Notes: generated by a model from the sequence alone, not told the origin. A DNA stretch of 64,000 nt from Mustelus asterias (GCF_964213995.1 NW_027590164.1:496001-560000); one strand, 5' to 3'; shown: positions 24,766 through 36,327, numbered from the stretch's first letter. A program made the numbers and translations.

Positions 24766-26244
24766 CTATTACGAGAGAAATTAAAGATGTTGTACTTCAG
24801 TTATGCAGGGCATTGCTGAGACTGCATCTTGAACACTGGGTGCAACTTTGTCTCCTATTTATGAAATGATACAAATGCATTGAAAGTGGTTCAGAGGAGG
24901 TTTAATAATTGCTTTCCAATTCTTGACCCTCACAGGATAAATTTTGTCCAATTTTTCTTGTCTTCATCTTTGACAAAGAGTAATCCTGACTCAAAATTTT
25001 GTCTCTATTCTCTCTCTACAGATGCTGTCAGACTTGCTGAGATTGTCCAGCATTTTTTGTTTTGTTTCAGATTCCAAAAACAGCAGAATTTTGCTTTTAT
25101 ACCAGTTCTTGTTGGATAAGGGCATCAAAATTATCGGGTATAGCACGAGAACGCAACACAAAAAGATCAGCCATGATCTAAATAAATGGTGGAGCCGACT
25201 CAAAGGGCCAAATGGCCGACTTCTGCTCCGATGTTGAATGTTGATCACAAATTCCTGAGGATTGTGAAACAAGGCTGGAAGATTTGCCTTGCTTGTGTTA
25301 GTGGGAAAATGTCCAGGAGAACCATCACTGTGAAGGACAGTTCTGGGATTAAAGGTTGCCCGACTGGAAAAGGAAAACAATGGAAATAAACCCTTGAGGA
25401 GTGAAGAATCACTTTGGGCTGGTTTTTGGAGAAAGTGTCAACATTCCAAGGCAGAGTAAAATATATTCATTGAGTGGATATTTAATGGTGTTAAGACTAA
25501 AAGGGCAAAGTTTAATTTTACAGTTTAAGGGCTATGTTCCCTATAAAAAAGTGTTTAATCATTGTTGCCTCCAGTTTGTTGGAATAAACATCAGAAAACT
25601 TGAAGTTTTGTCATGTGATTCTTTAATTTGTTTACCGAACAGTTCATTTAAAGCCACATGTTTCGATGTCCCATTTGAGCCTGGGGCACCTTTCTGTCTC
25701 TATTGCTCGTGTCAATGACAGCCAGGCGACGGAGCTGAGGGCTGAATTTAGCTGAGAATAATGGGGCCTGTGCCCCAGTTGGGAAACTGCCCTGGGCGTT
25801 GCACTAATAGAGAGACAGGGAAGTGCTGGAGGACTGAGTGGGAAATGGGCCTCCAACCAATTGTTATATCTGTCACTCAGAGCTAAAGAGAAACCTGTCT
25901 CTTTAAATACATATACAGGGAAGTGGCTGCAATGAAATCTGTCCCTTTTAACCTGCAAAAAGCAGGAGGCTGAGATTGACGGGCTGCAGGAGTCCATTCA
26001 GCCCATCATGTCCCTGCTATCTCTTTGCAAGAACTCTCTGATTCATCTAACTGCTCTGATCTGTCCCCACAGCCCTGCAAATTCCTCCCTTTCAAGTCTT
26101 TACCCTTTGGAAAGATTCTATTGAATCTGCTTTCAGGCAGATCAGAACAACTCGCTGTGTCAAAAAATAAAATCTCATCTCCCCCTCTGACCCCTTTGCC
26201 AATTACCTCAGAGGGACTCAGTTTCTGTTAAAGAGCCTGCCAAG

Positions 26245-26580
26245 GGTGGCACGGTAGCACAGTGGTTAGCACTGCTGCTTCACAGCTCCAGGGTCCCGGG
26301 TTCGATTCCCGGCTCGGGTCACTGTCTGTGGAGTTTGCACATTCTCCTCGTGTCTGTGTGGGTTTCCTCCGGGTGTTCCGGTTTCCTCCCACAGTCCAAA
26401 GATGTGCAGGTTAGGCTGATTGGCCAGGTTAAAAATTGCCCCTTAGAGTCCTGAGATGCGTAGGTTAGCGGGTAAATATTTGGGGGTCGGGCCTGGGTGG
26501 GATTGTGGTCGGTGCAGACTCGATGGGCCGAATGGCCTCCTTTTGCACTGTAGGGTTTCTAGATTTCTATGATTTCTATG
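26245..26580 (+). mobile_element. HE1-type SINE, full length (young subfamily, similar to 3715-4060)
   Basis: Shares the diagnostic GGCCAGGTTAAAAATTGCCCCTTAGAGTCC with the 3715-4060 copy. Confidence 0.9.
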
Positions 26581-26870
26581 AACCCCTCTCACCCACTTTC
26601 CCTAAAGTGCATCAATCTCATCAGAAAAAGTCCAGAAAAATCAAATATTTTTACTGATAAAAGTTTATTAATGAAACAGAACATGGTTAAAACAAACAGA
26701 AAATGACTTGAGGATCAAAGACAATCAGAGTAAAAGGATGTTCACAATGTTCTGGACACAAATGGTTTCTCTCTATCTGTTCCCTGACCTCTTTGTGGTA
26801 AAGGCAGAATTCTCTGGACAGTAAATTTAAAAAGAAGTTTATTGAATGAAAAAGGTTTACTGAACAACTG

Positions 26871-27165
26871 AGCACGGTGGCACAGTGGTTACTGCTGCCT
26901 CACAGCACCAGGGACCTGGGTTCAATTCCCGGCTTGGGTCACTGTCTGTGCGGAGTCTGCACATTCTCCCCATGTCTGCATGGGTTTCCTCCGAGTCCTC
27001 CGGTTTCCTCCCACAGCCAATGATGTGCAGGTTCGGTGGATTGGCCATGCTAAATTCTCATTCAGTGTACCTGAACAGGCGCCAGAGTGTGGCAACTCGG
27101 GGAATTTCACAGTAACTTCATTGCAGCGTGAATGTAAGCCTACTTGTGACTAATAAATAAACTTT
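26871..27165 (+). mobile_element. V-SINE variant with the alternative tail
   Basis: HE1 head/core followed by CTTCATTGCAGCGTGAATGTAAGCCTACTTGTGACTAATAAATAAACTTT. Confidence 0.78.
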
Positions 27166-27641
27166 AAGACATTGACTTTTACAGCTTCATGCGGGTGATC
27201 AGTCTGTAGAAGAGTAACCCTCTCTGGCTCCTTCTTTCACAGGAATTCTTGTGGAATTCAGCTTTGGGAGTCTGGCTCCTTCTTTGACAGTAATTTCCTT
27301 GGAACTTGGCCTTGGGAGGCTTCAGAATTTGGTTCACAAGGAAAACCTTCAGAACCTCTACTTTTATCCCCAAAGTGACCATTACCACACGTCAGAGTTG
27401 GGTCTGTTGGAACATGACAATTGGTCAATTTGGTCTCCAGATTAATTGAATTGGATCTGCAATTACTGACACCACTTTCTCTCATTATCTTAGACAGGAA
27501 TACAAGAGAACGGGTTCATGCTCTCCCTTTATCTGATTCTATACAATCCCTTATTCACACAGTTTCAAATGTTGAGGCTAATCAGAGCTTGAAGATCTCT
27601 CTCGCCAGTACACTACGCCAGCTGCGGCACGGTGGCACAGT

Positions 27642-27986
27642 GAACAAACAACAAGAACAAAGAACAATACAGCACAAGAACAGGCCCTTCGGCCCTCCAA
27701 GCCCGCGCCGCTCCCCGGTCCAGGATTGAATCCTGAATCCAGGATCCCCGCCCAATTTTCCAGCCTATCTACATACCAATATCCTATCCACCGAGCTGTC
27801 CCTCACAGCTACGATGCTTTGTTCATTACAACCTATTAACTCACCCCCACCCCCCCATTCCAGACCATGTGATCTCCAGGGAGAGGCGAAAACCCAGAGT
27901 GAAAAACCCCAGGGCCAATATGGGGAAAAAAAATCTGGGAAATTCCTCTCCGACCCCCTGAGGCGATCGAAACGAGTCCAGGAGAT
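27642..27986 (-). mobile_element. CR1-tailed retroelement 3' end abutting the ZNF 3' UTR
   Basis: Minus-strand end GAAGGGCCTGTTCTTGTGCTGTATTGTTCTTTGTTCTTG is typical of the CR1 3' termini in this window. Confidence 0.6.
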
Positions 27987-27999
27987 CCAACCCTTGGAA

Positions 28000-28842
28000 T
28001 CACTCGTGAACTTGTTGGTGTCTCAGCAGCTGGGATGAAAGACTGAATCCCTTCCCACACTGAGAGCAGGTGAACGGCCTCTCCCCAGTGTGAACTCGCT
28101 GGTGTGTCCGCAGGGCGGATAAATCAATGAATCCCTTCTCACACTGAGAGCAGGTGAACGGTCTCTCCCCAGTATGAACTCGCTGGTGTCTCTGCAGTTT
28201 GGATAACCGAGTGAATCCCTTCCCACACTGAGAGCAGGTGAATAGCCTCTCCCCAGTGTGAACTCGCTGGTGTGTCAGCAGGCTGGATGACTGAGTAAAT
28301 CCCTTCCCACACTGAGAGCAGGTGAACGGCCTCTCCCCAGTATGAACTCGCTGGTGTCTCTGCAGTTTGGATAACCGAGTGAATCCCTTCCCACACTGAG
28401 AGCAGGTGAATAGCCTCTCCCCAGTGTGAACCCGCTGGTGTCTCTGCAGGCTGGATGACTGAGTGAATCCCTTCCCACACTGAGAGCAGGTGAAGGGCCC
28501 CTCCCCAGTGTGAACTCGCTGGTGTCTCTGCAGGGTGGATAACTGAGTAAATCCCTTCCCACACTGAGAGCAGGTGAACGGTCTCTCCCCAGTGTGAACT
28601 CGCTGGTGTGTCTGCAGGTTGGATAACCGAGTGAATTCCGTCCCACACTGAGAGCAGGTGAATGGTTTCTCCCCAGTGTGAACTCGCTGGTGTGTCTGCA
28701 GGCTGGATAACTGAGTGAATCCCGCCCCACACTGAGAGCAGGTGAATGGTCTCTCCCCCGTGTGGCTGCGCCGATGAGCTTCCAGTTCAGAGGGGTATTT
28801 GTATCTCTTCCCACAGTCTGCACATTTCCATGGTTTCTCCAT
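28000..28842 (-). CDS. C2H2 zinc-finger protein, 10 fingers, no KRAB seen (280 aa from ATG 28842); paralogue of 20612-21202
   Basis: Open frame [10 protein letters not shown]...HQQVHE* with ten 28-aa fingers. Upstream exon/acceptor region is homologous to 20170-20610. Confidence 0.87.
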   Translation of the reverse strand: MEKPWKCADCGKRYKYPSELEAHRRSHTGERPFTCSQCGAGFTQLSSLQTHQRVHTGEKPFTCSQCGTEFTRLSNLQTHQRVHTGERPFTCSQCGKGFTQLSTLQRHQRVHTGEGPFTCSQCGKGFTQSSSLQRHQRVHTGERLFTCSQCGKGFTRLSKLQRHQRVHTGERPFTCSQCGKGFTQSSSLLTHQRVHTGERLFTCSQCGKGFTRLSKLQRHQRVHTGERPFTCSQCEKGFIDLSALRTHQRVHTGERPFTCSQCGKGFSLSSQLLRHQQVHE

Positions 28843-29833
28843 GGTGCAGGTGTTCTTGCCTCTCTTCAGTTGAAGACTCGTCCACACCCCTGCTGTGAAT
28901 GGTGTGATATTTATTCAGGCTGTGTAACTGGTTCAAGCTCAGTGCACTGGAACACACTCACTCCAGTCTGGCAGTGTGTTGGCGCTTTTCCAGTCACACT
29001 AATATTTGAAATCTTTTCAAGTCATCAGGCCGGACAACCATTTCTCCTCGATTCAAAGGCCGATGATATTCAGCTCCCAAGGAATGTGACTGTCAGATTG
29101 AGATGTGACGTTTGAGATTTCAGCCTGTGATTCCTCTTTCAATATCCTGTAAAACAAGTTTACAGAGATCATCAGTGTCAGTGCAGGATGGAAATTCAGA
29201 ACACACAATTCTAGTTTCTATGGAACATTCTTTCCTCTCTCCAGACTCGAAACATTGGCTCTATTCTCTCTCCATCTGGGGGATAGTGTGGGAAATGATG
29301 CTGCACTAGATCAGCCAATTCTCAATGAATGGTTGAGGCAGTTCGATGGGCTGAATAGCCAACTGCAGCTCCTGTTTCTTATGATTTGTGTGTGGTGGAC
29401 AGGAAGCAGTGAGCATGGATCTGTCAATCAGCCTCAATCAGCACCTTCAGGAGAATTGGGAGGGTGAATATTAGATACAGCAGAGTGAGAATGGAGGGAG
29501 AGTGTGTGGGATGGAGATTCACAGCTTTTGGGGAACGAGAGAGGAACGAATGTTCTTTAGAATCATAGAATTCTTACATCTTATCAACCGTCCCTGAGCC
29601 TTCACAATGAATCTCTCTTCTCAGGACACTCTTATCTCTGACTTGTCTGTACTGCTCGCAGTCTCACAAAGCAGCTGCCTGTGTGTCGATACGAGGGGCC
29701 CTGCGAGGCAAGTTTAATGCTCCATGACTGTGTCTTTAATGACTGAATAACTATAGGAATATGGTCAAGTCAGCTAAACCACATGATGCTTTATATTTCG
29801 GTTAGTAACTGTTGATTTTGTTAACGTAGCACG

Positions 29834-30411
29834 TCAGAGGATGACCTGGGTCCCGCCCCCTCCTCCCACCACTCCCCCCCCCCCCCCCCCGATCAGAGGA
29901 TGACCTGGGTCCCGCCCCCTCGTCCCACCCACTCCCCCCACTGATTAGAGGATGACCTGGGTCCCGCCCCCTCGTCCCACCCACTCCCCCCACCGATCAG
30001 AGGATGACCTGGGTCCCGCCCCCTCCTCCCACCCACTGATCAGAGGATGACCTGGGTCCCGCCCCCTCGTCCCACCCACTCCCCCCACTGATCAGAGGAT
30101 GACCTGGGTCCCGCCCCCACCACCCACTCCCCCCACTGATCAGAGGATGACCTGGGTCCCGCCCCCTCCTTCCACCAACCCCCGCCCCCCCCCCCGATCA
30201 GAGGAAGACCTGGGTCCCGCCCCCTCCTCCCACCCACTGATCAGAGGATGACGTGGGTCCCGCCCCCTCCTCCCACCCACTCCTCCCACCGATAAGAGGA
30301 TCACCTGGGTCCCGCCCCCTCCTCCCACCACTCCCCCCCCCCGATCAGAGGATGACCTGGGTCCCGCCCCCTCCTCCCACCAGCCCCCCCGATCAGAGGA
30401 TGACCTGGGTT
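29834..30411. repeat. GC-rich minisatellite/VNTR, ~12 units of ~43-59 bp
   Basis: Unit core TCAGAGGATGACCTGGGTCCCGCCCCCTC(C/G)TCCCACC followed by a variable poly-C tract. Confidence 0.93.
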
Positions 30412-30749
30412 CTTTTTCTGTAACATCAGAACCACTTGCGGGACAGCTGCACAGGGTTTCTCCTTGTGCACAAGTCATTAAAGGCCCCACATTGGATTAT
30501 GCCTGGTGTCCAGTGCTGTTTGTACTCAAGTCGACGAAGAATGCCTAAAGTTGCTGGTACCCAGGATCTCTGACAACTCTCCCTAACCGGACCTTGATTA
30601 TCCAAAGGTTGGTCAGAATCCTCTCCAGTAACTTACCCGCCACTGTTGTCAGGTTCACCGGCCTGTAATTACCAGGCTTCTCTTTGCAATCCTTCTTAAA
30701 CAGCGGAACAACATGAGCCACACTCTCGTCTTCCAGAACTTCCAGAACT

Positions 30750-30975
30750 CGTCATCGCGGAAGAGACTGATTCCTATTGGCTGATTCAGGCAGGGCTCCA
30801 TTGTGATGTCACAATGCGGAAGTTGTCCAATGAGCTTCAGAGTGAAACTTCCTCCTCTGAGCAACATCTGGGAGGAAATCAATGTTTCCCCCTTTCCATT
30901 TCTTTTCTCATTCTGGGGGAAATTGGGGACTTGCAGCAACTGAAGGGAAAGGAAGTGAATTCGGTCTGTACATTC
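30750..30975 (+). promoter_or_regulatory. Promoter / first-exon-like segment at the edge of the ZNF block
   Basis: ATTGG ~30776-30780, palindrome CATTGTGA-TG-TCACAATG 30799-30816 (CRE-like), ETS GCGGAAGT and CCAAT ~30827. Confidence 0.45.
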
Positions 30976-33900
30976 CACACATTTTTACTCCAGTAATGTA
31001 GACATTTATCTGTCTGGCAGCCTGCATGGAAATTTTTAATTTTTGGTCCAGCTTCACGCATAGAGCCAGGAGCCATTCTTTCGGTTTTTGTTAACATGTT
31101 TTTTTTAATGTTTAACAAAGAAGTAAAGATCAGAAAGTGAAATAAATTATTTTAAAATATTTTTTTCAACTTTGTCATGATAACTTATTGCACTAAAATA
31201 TTTGTTTGCATGTAACAAAGCTAATGTCAGCGTCTGGAATGAATTTCAGCATTTGGATTTTGTAACGTATTTTAAGCAGTTTTTAATCCTATTTTAAGAC
31301 TTGAAATTCTGTGGAGTTTCGAAGAATGGAAAACGATCTCAGTGAAACCTATACAATGCTGAATGGGTTAATACGATGGACGCATTGAGACTGTTTCTGC
31401 TGGTCGGAGGAATGTAAAACACGTTGCACGGTCTCAGGATGAGGGCTGAGTTGATAAATTACGACACTCAAAATAATTGTGAATTTTTGGAATTCTGTCG
31501 TCTAGAGGATTCTAGATTCTCTCCCATTGGACACATTTCAGTCTAGGATGGACAGAATCGTGGTCCGTCCGAGAATTACGATTGTGGACTGAAAAAGGAA
31601 ACTGCAACCCAAGGCCTGCCACTAATTAAAGTTTCGAGATCAATCATTATGTTTAATAGTATATTTGAAACCTAGATGTTATCAAATATCAAGTATCAAA
31701 ACATTAAATTTTAATGTTGGCAACATAGTATGACAGCAGAGCAGGGAGCATTTATCAGATATTTATTGTTGTTACTCAGGTGCTCTGAACTATGACAATG
31801 AATACTGATGGGGGGAGAATACAAATGCACAGCCGAACGCGCTCGCCGAGACTGAGACGACTGACCAATCACATCGCATCCTAAATCAGGGTGTCAGCGA
31901 GTTCTCTGATATTCCGATCGCATTTTCATTTTGACAAAACCTGATCTATAACGACAGCGATTATATTTCAAAGCAAGTCGCGTGGCTATATAGCCCCCTT
32001 ACAGTTGTTGTGGTTTACTTGTTACCCCCGAGTGCTAAGATGGGAAAAGCGCCGTTGAATACAGCAAATTTGGGAAAAAAACTGTTTCAACAAGGAAACA
32101 ACCACCTGCATATTTGTAATAGTTTGAATGTTCGATCAAATTCACTTCCTTTTATATTTCTGTTGATTTAAAACGTCTGTTTATGTATCTATTTGTGTGG
32201 GGAAAATAGCAGCAGGACTCGCAAAGTTGGGACGATATGTTCTTGTCGCCAAAGGACGCAGAACAGAACTATGTCGGAATATAAGTAGAATCAGGAGCAG
32301 ATTAGTTAACCCTCGCGGGTCACAACCCTCCAGCATTTCGGTATCTTACTACTTCGCTAAACACGTTTACTACAGAAGAGCTCCTGTGGGTGGGATTCAT
32401 TCCTTCAGCTTCCATTTCAATGTTATGCTCATTGACGTTACTCATAACTGGTTTGAAAAATAATCGTATTGGACACGGAACTTTAAATCTGTTTTTCGCT
32501 TCACATTTGCTGCTCGACCTGCTGAGAAGAAAAGACAAAGACAAGTACAGCACGGGAACAGGCTCTTCGGCCCTCCAAGCCTATGCTGATCGTGATGTTC
32601 TAACTATACAAAAATAACTTTTGCCCTTACTCGGTCCTTCTCCCTCTATTCCCTTCCTATCCATGTACCAATCCTGATGCCTTTAAATGTTGCTAATGTG
32701 CCTGCTTCCACCAGCTTCTCCAGCAGCGCGTTCAGGGCACCCTCTACTCCCAGCAGAAGCAAAAACCATGCACAACGCCCTTCCAGCACTTTCTGTTTTC
32801 ATTATCACATGAATTACTGGCTTTGTCAGATACATGAACACAAGAAATAGGAGCAGGAGTAGGCCATGCAGCCCAAGGATCCAGCTCTGTTTGCAGTCAC
32901 TTTGCAGCGTTTGCATAGTTGAAATTACGATGTGTAACTTGCGATCATTAACTGAAGTTAAAAAACAATCTCCAACGAGAATTGAACGCGTTAATTACGG
33001 GAACACTGTTCTGCCCACTGAAGTATGGAGCCAATCATTGGCTACAAGGCTGCAACAAGTGTATAATAATCAGTGGACAGAGTTCATTTTCAGCTACATG
33101 ATATTTGAGGGAGGCGGATATGTCTGAGCTGGAGTGCAGGGAGTTAAAAGATGTGGTTTAAAAGGAAGATAATTTGATAGGTGCCAGTTACTTGGAATGA
33201 TCAGTGACTGCCGTGTGTTTGCCCTGTGATTCTTCTTCCGAGATTATTCTTGTGACATTTCTGAATTTTCCAGCTCTGATACAAATTCATCCAGCTGGAA
33301 GAGTAACCCTGTTTCTCCCTCATAGACGCTGTGAGGCGTTGTTTCATTTAATGAATAATTAAATAAAAATATATTCACTCCGCGCTGGGAATCAAAACCC
33401 AACGAATCCAACTGAGACACCCGCCCAGGGAAGCTGATATTAGAGATTTGCAACTAGTCGAAAAGCTACGCTTTTATCATTACTTAATTTCAGGTGATTG
33501 TCTAATACACAAGCTCTAAAATAATGTTAGGAGTCCAATGGTGAAGGAGAAAATCGGGTTAAAAATGACAGCCCATGAGTTGAAGCTTCAACATGACTGA
33601 AGAATTTCCCTAGTTCCATTCTGTGGACTTCACCTGCCTTCTATATTTGTCGAATTGTGGGTTTTTTAACGTCTCATTGAGTGTCGCAAATCTTCTGAAG
33701 ATGTTAAATGGATCGGGAATGAAGTGCCTTTGTGAACTCCTCATGTAGATTTGTTGTTTTAAATTGCGGCGAATCAAACTTTTATTGTAACAGTGCAGTC
33801 GTTAATTTCCTAAAGCCGCTGCTCTATATTAACGTGGTCGTGTACAGCCATAAGGTAAATAAAATGTGTGGATCTTAATGCAGCAATGGGTAAACAAAAT

Positions 33901-35586
33901 TGGCCATTAGAGTTGTCCCAAGGGAACAATTCGCAACGCTCATTACAACTTTATCGACAGTGTAAACCTTGGTCTACACGGGGAAGCCTAGCATTGGGCA
34001 AGTACAGCAGCATCTCTCCTCTGCCCAAAGACGAATTGAAAATTATTGCTAGCGCACCTTCTTTGTCCTCGCTGGCCTCACTCATCAGTCCTGGAAATAT
34101 TCTTTTCTAATTTTAATGCTGTCAAAACACTTAGAACTACCTATCTGTTTTGTGAAGGTCTTCAATTGAATCACAGTCCAATCTGATTTTGAAACCAACA
34201 TCGTCTGTCACAGAAATGGACACCAACACAAAGCTTTCATGTGGAACCCTTCCTATGTCATCCAGCTCTACATTAAAAAAATACCATGATTGTCCTTAGT
34301 GAGCCCGACTCTTTCCGAGTTATATTTATAATATCAATCTGCATGCAAAGGAAATTACCATTTTCCTTTCTTTGATCTGTCAGGTTCTTTTCGGAGTCCT
34401 TTCCTGGTCTCATATTTTCCCCTTTGAAGGCCCCTCTTGCCCATTCTATATAATTCGAGGGATTCTGCTGTTTTAAGCCCTCGTTGGCTGCCATTAGCTA
34501 CCCTTTCCCTCTGTGTACAATGTTGTATATCCCTCGATATCCAATGTTCAGTGGATTTGTTGGTCCCATGCTTTTTCTTTATTGGAGAATGTTGACCCTG
34601 TCATCGCCCTATTTCCTTCTTCAATGCGTCCAACTGCTCTGTGACAATTTAATGTAAAAGTGTCTGCTCCCAGTCAAATCTGGCCAGATCATACCTGATC
34701 TTATTAAAATCAGTCTTCATAGAAATATGATCGCTGGGCCATCCTTGTCATTTTCCATAACAATCTTGTATCTAAATATGCTACGATTGTTATCTGTAAA
34801 ATGCTCCCCCACTGCTAATGCAACCACTTGTTCGGCTCTATTAACTAAAATTCTGAAGTTCTCCCCATTCTCTGATTTATTTCGTTTTCTTTCGAAGCTC
34901 CTACTTTTTTTCTTTTTTCTGTATTACAATTCTAACTCCCTGTGTTCGCCATGTCTCGTTCACTTCTCATTTCATCATTTTGCATCTTAATGGACATAAT
35001 TCGTGAATGAATGTAATTTTTGTAAGTGGCTTGTTATATATGCAAATACTTGGCAAAGTATCGTTTTAACTTTGGCCTTTCTTTCCCATCCAGATGTCAA
35101 TTTCCCGCCTCATATCTTAATTGCTTCTGTTCTTTATATTTAAAATCAACATTTCAGACTGAACATAATCGTTTTCAAAGTTAATGAACAATCTATATAT
35201 GGATGGACGCTGTTCCCTTGCTAACTAGACACTATTAATGCTTGATACCTGGTATAAAATAATTTGTTCTTTGGTTGGTTCCGCAACATAATGCAGTAGA
35301 ACTGCATCTGGTACCTACTGCAGAAATTCCTCACACACAGCATTGGTGCTCATCACATTTACACAATGTATATATAGATTGATTATATGGAATTGCTGAA
35401 TACATTAAAGGTGGGGATAAGACCGATTATTTCCCAAATTACACCTGTATTGGCCTGTACAAAGACAACGACAGCGACATAGGCGTGAGATAAATAGGCT
35501 TGGCTGTTTTTGTGAACCCGGGATCAAACCATTCCTGGAGGCAACGGCAGGAAAGCAAATTTCGTGGAGCTGCAAATATTGGTTGA

Positions 35587-35625
35587 GGTTTTTGTACGGG
35601 GTTTTAGCGATAATCTCACGCTGTG
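35587..35625 (-). promoter_or_regulatory. Recombination signal sequence, 23-bp spacer
   Basis: CACAGCG + 23 nt + ACAAAAACC (consensus nonamer). Confidence 0.92.
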
Positions 35626-36125
35626 TCTCAATGCACAGTAATAGACCGCCCTGTCCTCCATACAGAGGGCCCTTATATTGAGGTAACCATTCTGTTTAGA
35701 CTTGTCAACAGCCGCAAGATATTGTCCTGAAACCTCATCTGTCGTCAGTGCTAAGACTTTGGTAATAATCCATCTCGAGGGTTGTGACGGTTTCTGCTGA
35801 TACCATTGCATGTAGATCATATTGGGGTCTGTATGCATACAATCTAACTGCACCGAACGCTCTTCTGACGCAGCTATTGTCACTGGTGACTGAGTTACTG
35901 GATCGGTGCACAACCCACCTGTAAAGTTAGAGGAATGAAATATCAAATGTTTGAACAGAATTGATCTTAATTTGTTTTCAAATGCGTGGACTCTACCCAT
36001 CATATCGATATTTCTGACAGTTAGTGATGCCAAATATTATTGCAATTTATAATCTGCTAATCTGGCAGGATGAACATCATCCACCACTTACCATCTAACA
36101 GCACCGACAGTGTGATCAGAAGCAT
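35626..36125 (-). CDS. TCR alpha/delta-type V gene segment, apparently intact (leader 36092-36125, V exon 35626-35918)
   Basis: Leader MLLITLSVLLD-G|gtaagt and acceptor ctttacag. Spliced frame of 109 codons with Cys(VQLDC), WYQQKP and YYCALR, followed directly by a 23-RSS. Confidence 0.88.
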
Positions 36126-36312
36126 TTCTGATTGAAACTCTCTCAGTGAATGGGAAGGAGTGAGTCAGAGACTGAGACGGAGAGAGGGAACCCGGGCTCT
36201 GTTCAACTGGATTGTTCCACCCACACGCTGCATTGTGACTTTATTCAGGGAACCATCCCTATTGGCTTTGAAGATGCCACCGCGTGACTTCCTCGCGCTG
36301 ATGCTTGAATAT

Positions 36313-36327
36313 GGCGCCCTCTGGTGC
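36313..36327 (-). promoter_or_regulatory. CTCF-like motif upstream of the V leader
   Basis: GCACCAGAGGGCGCC, ending 188 bp upstream of ATG 36125. Confidence 0.6.

Noticed and set aside
29834-30411. Repeat/spacer appearance resembling a CRISPR array
   Set aside because: The 'spacers' are only variable C-rich tracts of the same unit; eukaryotic context with no cas genes.
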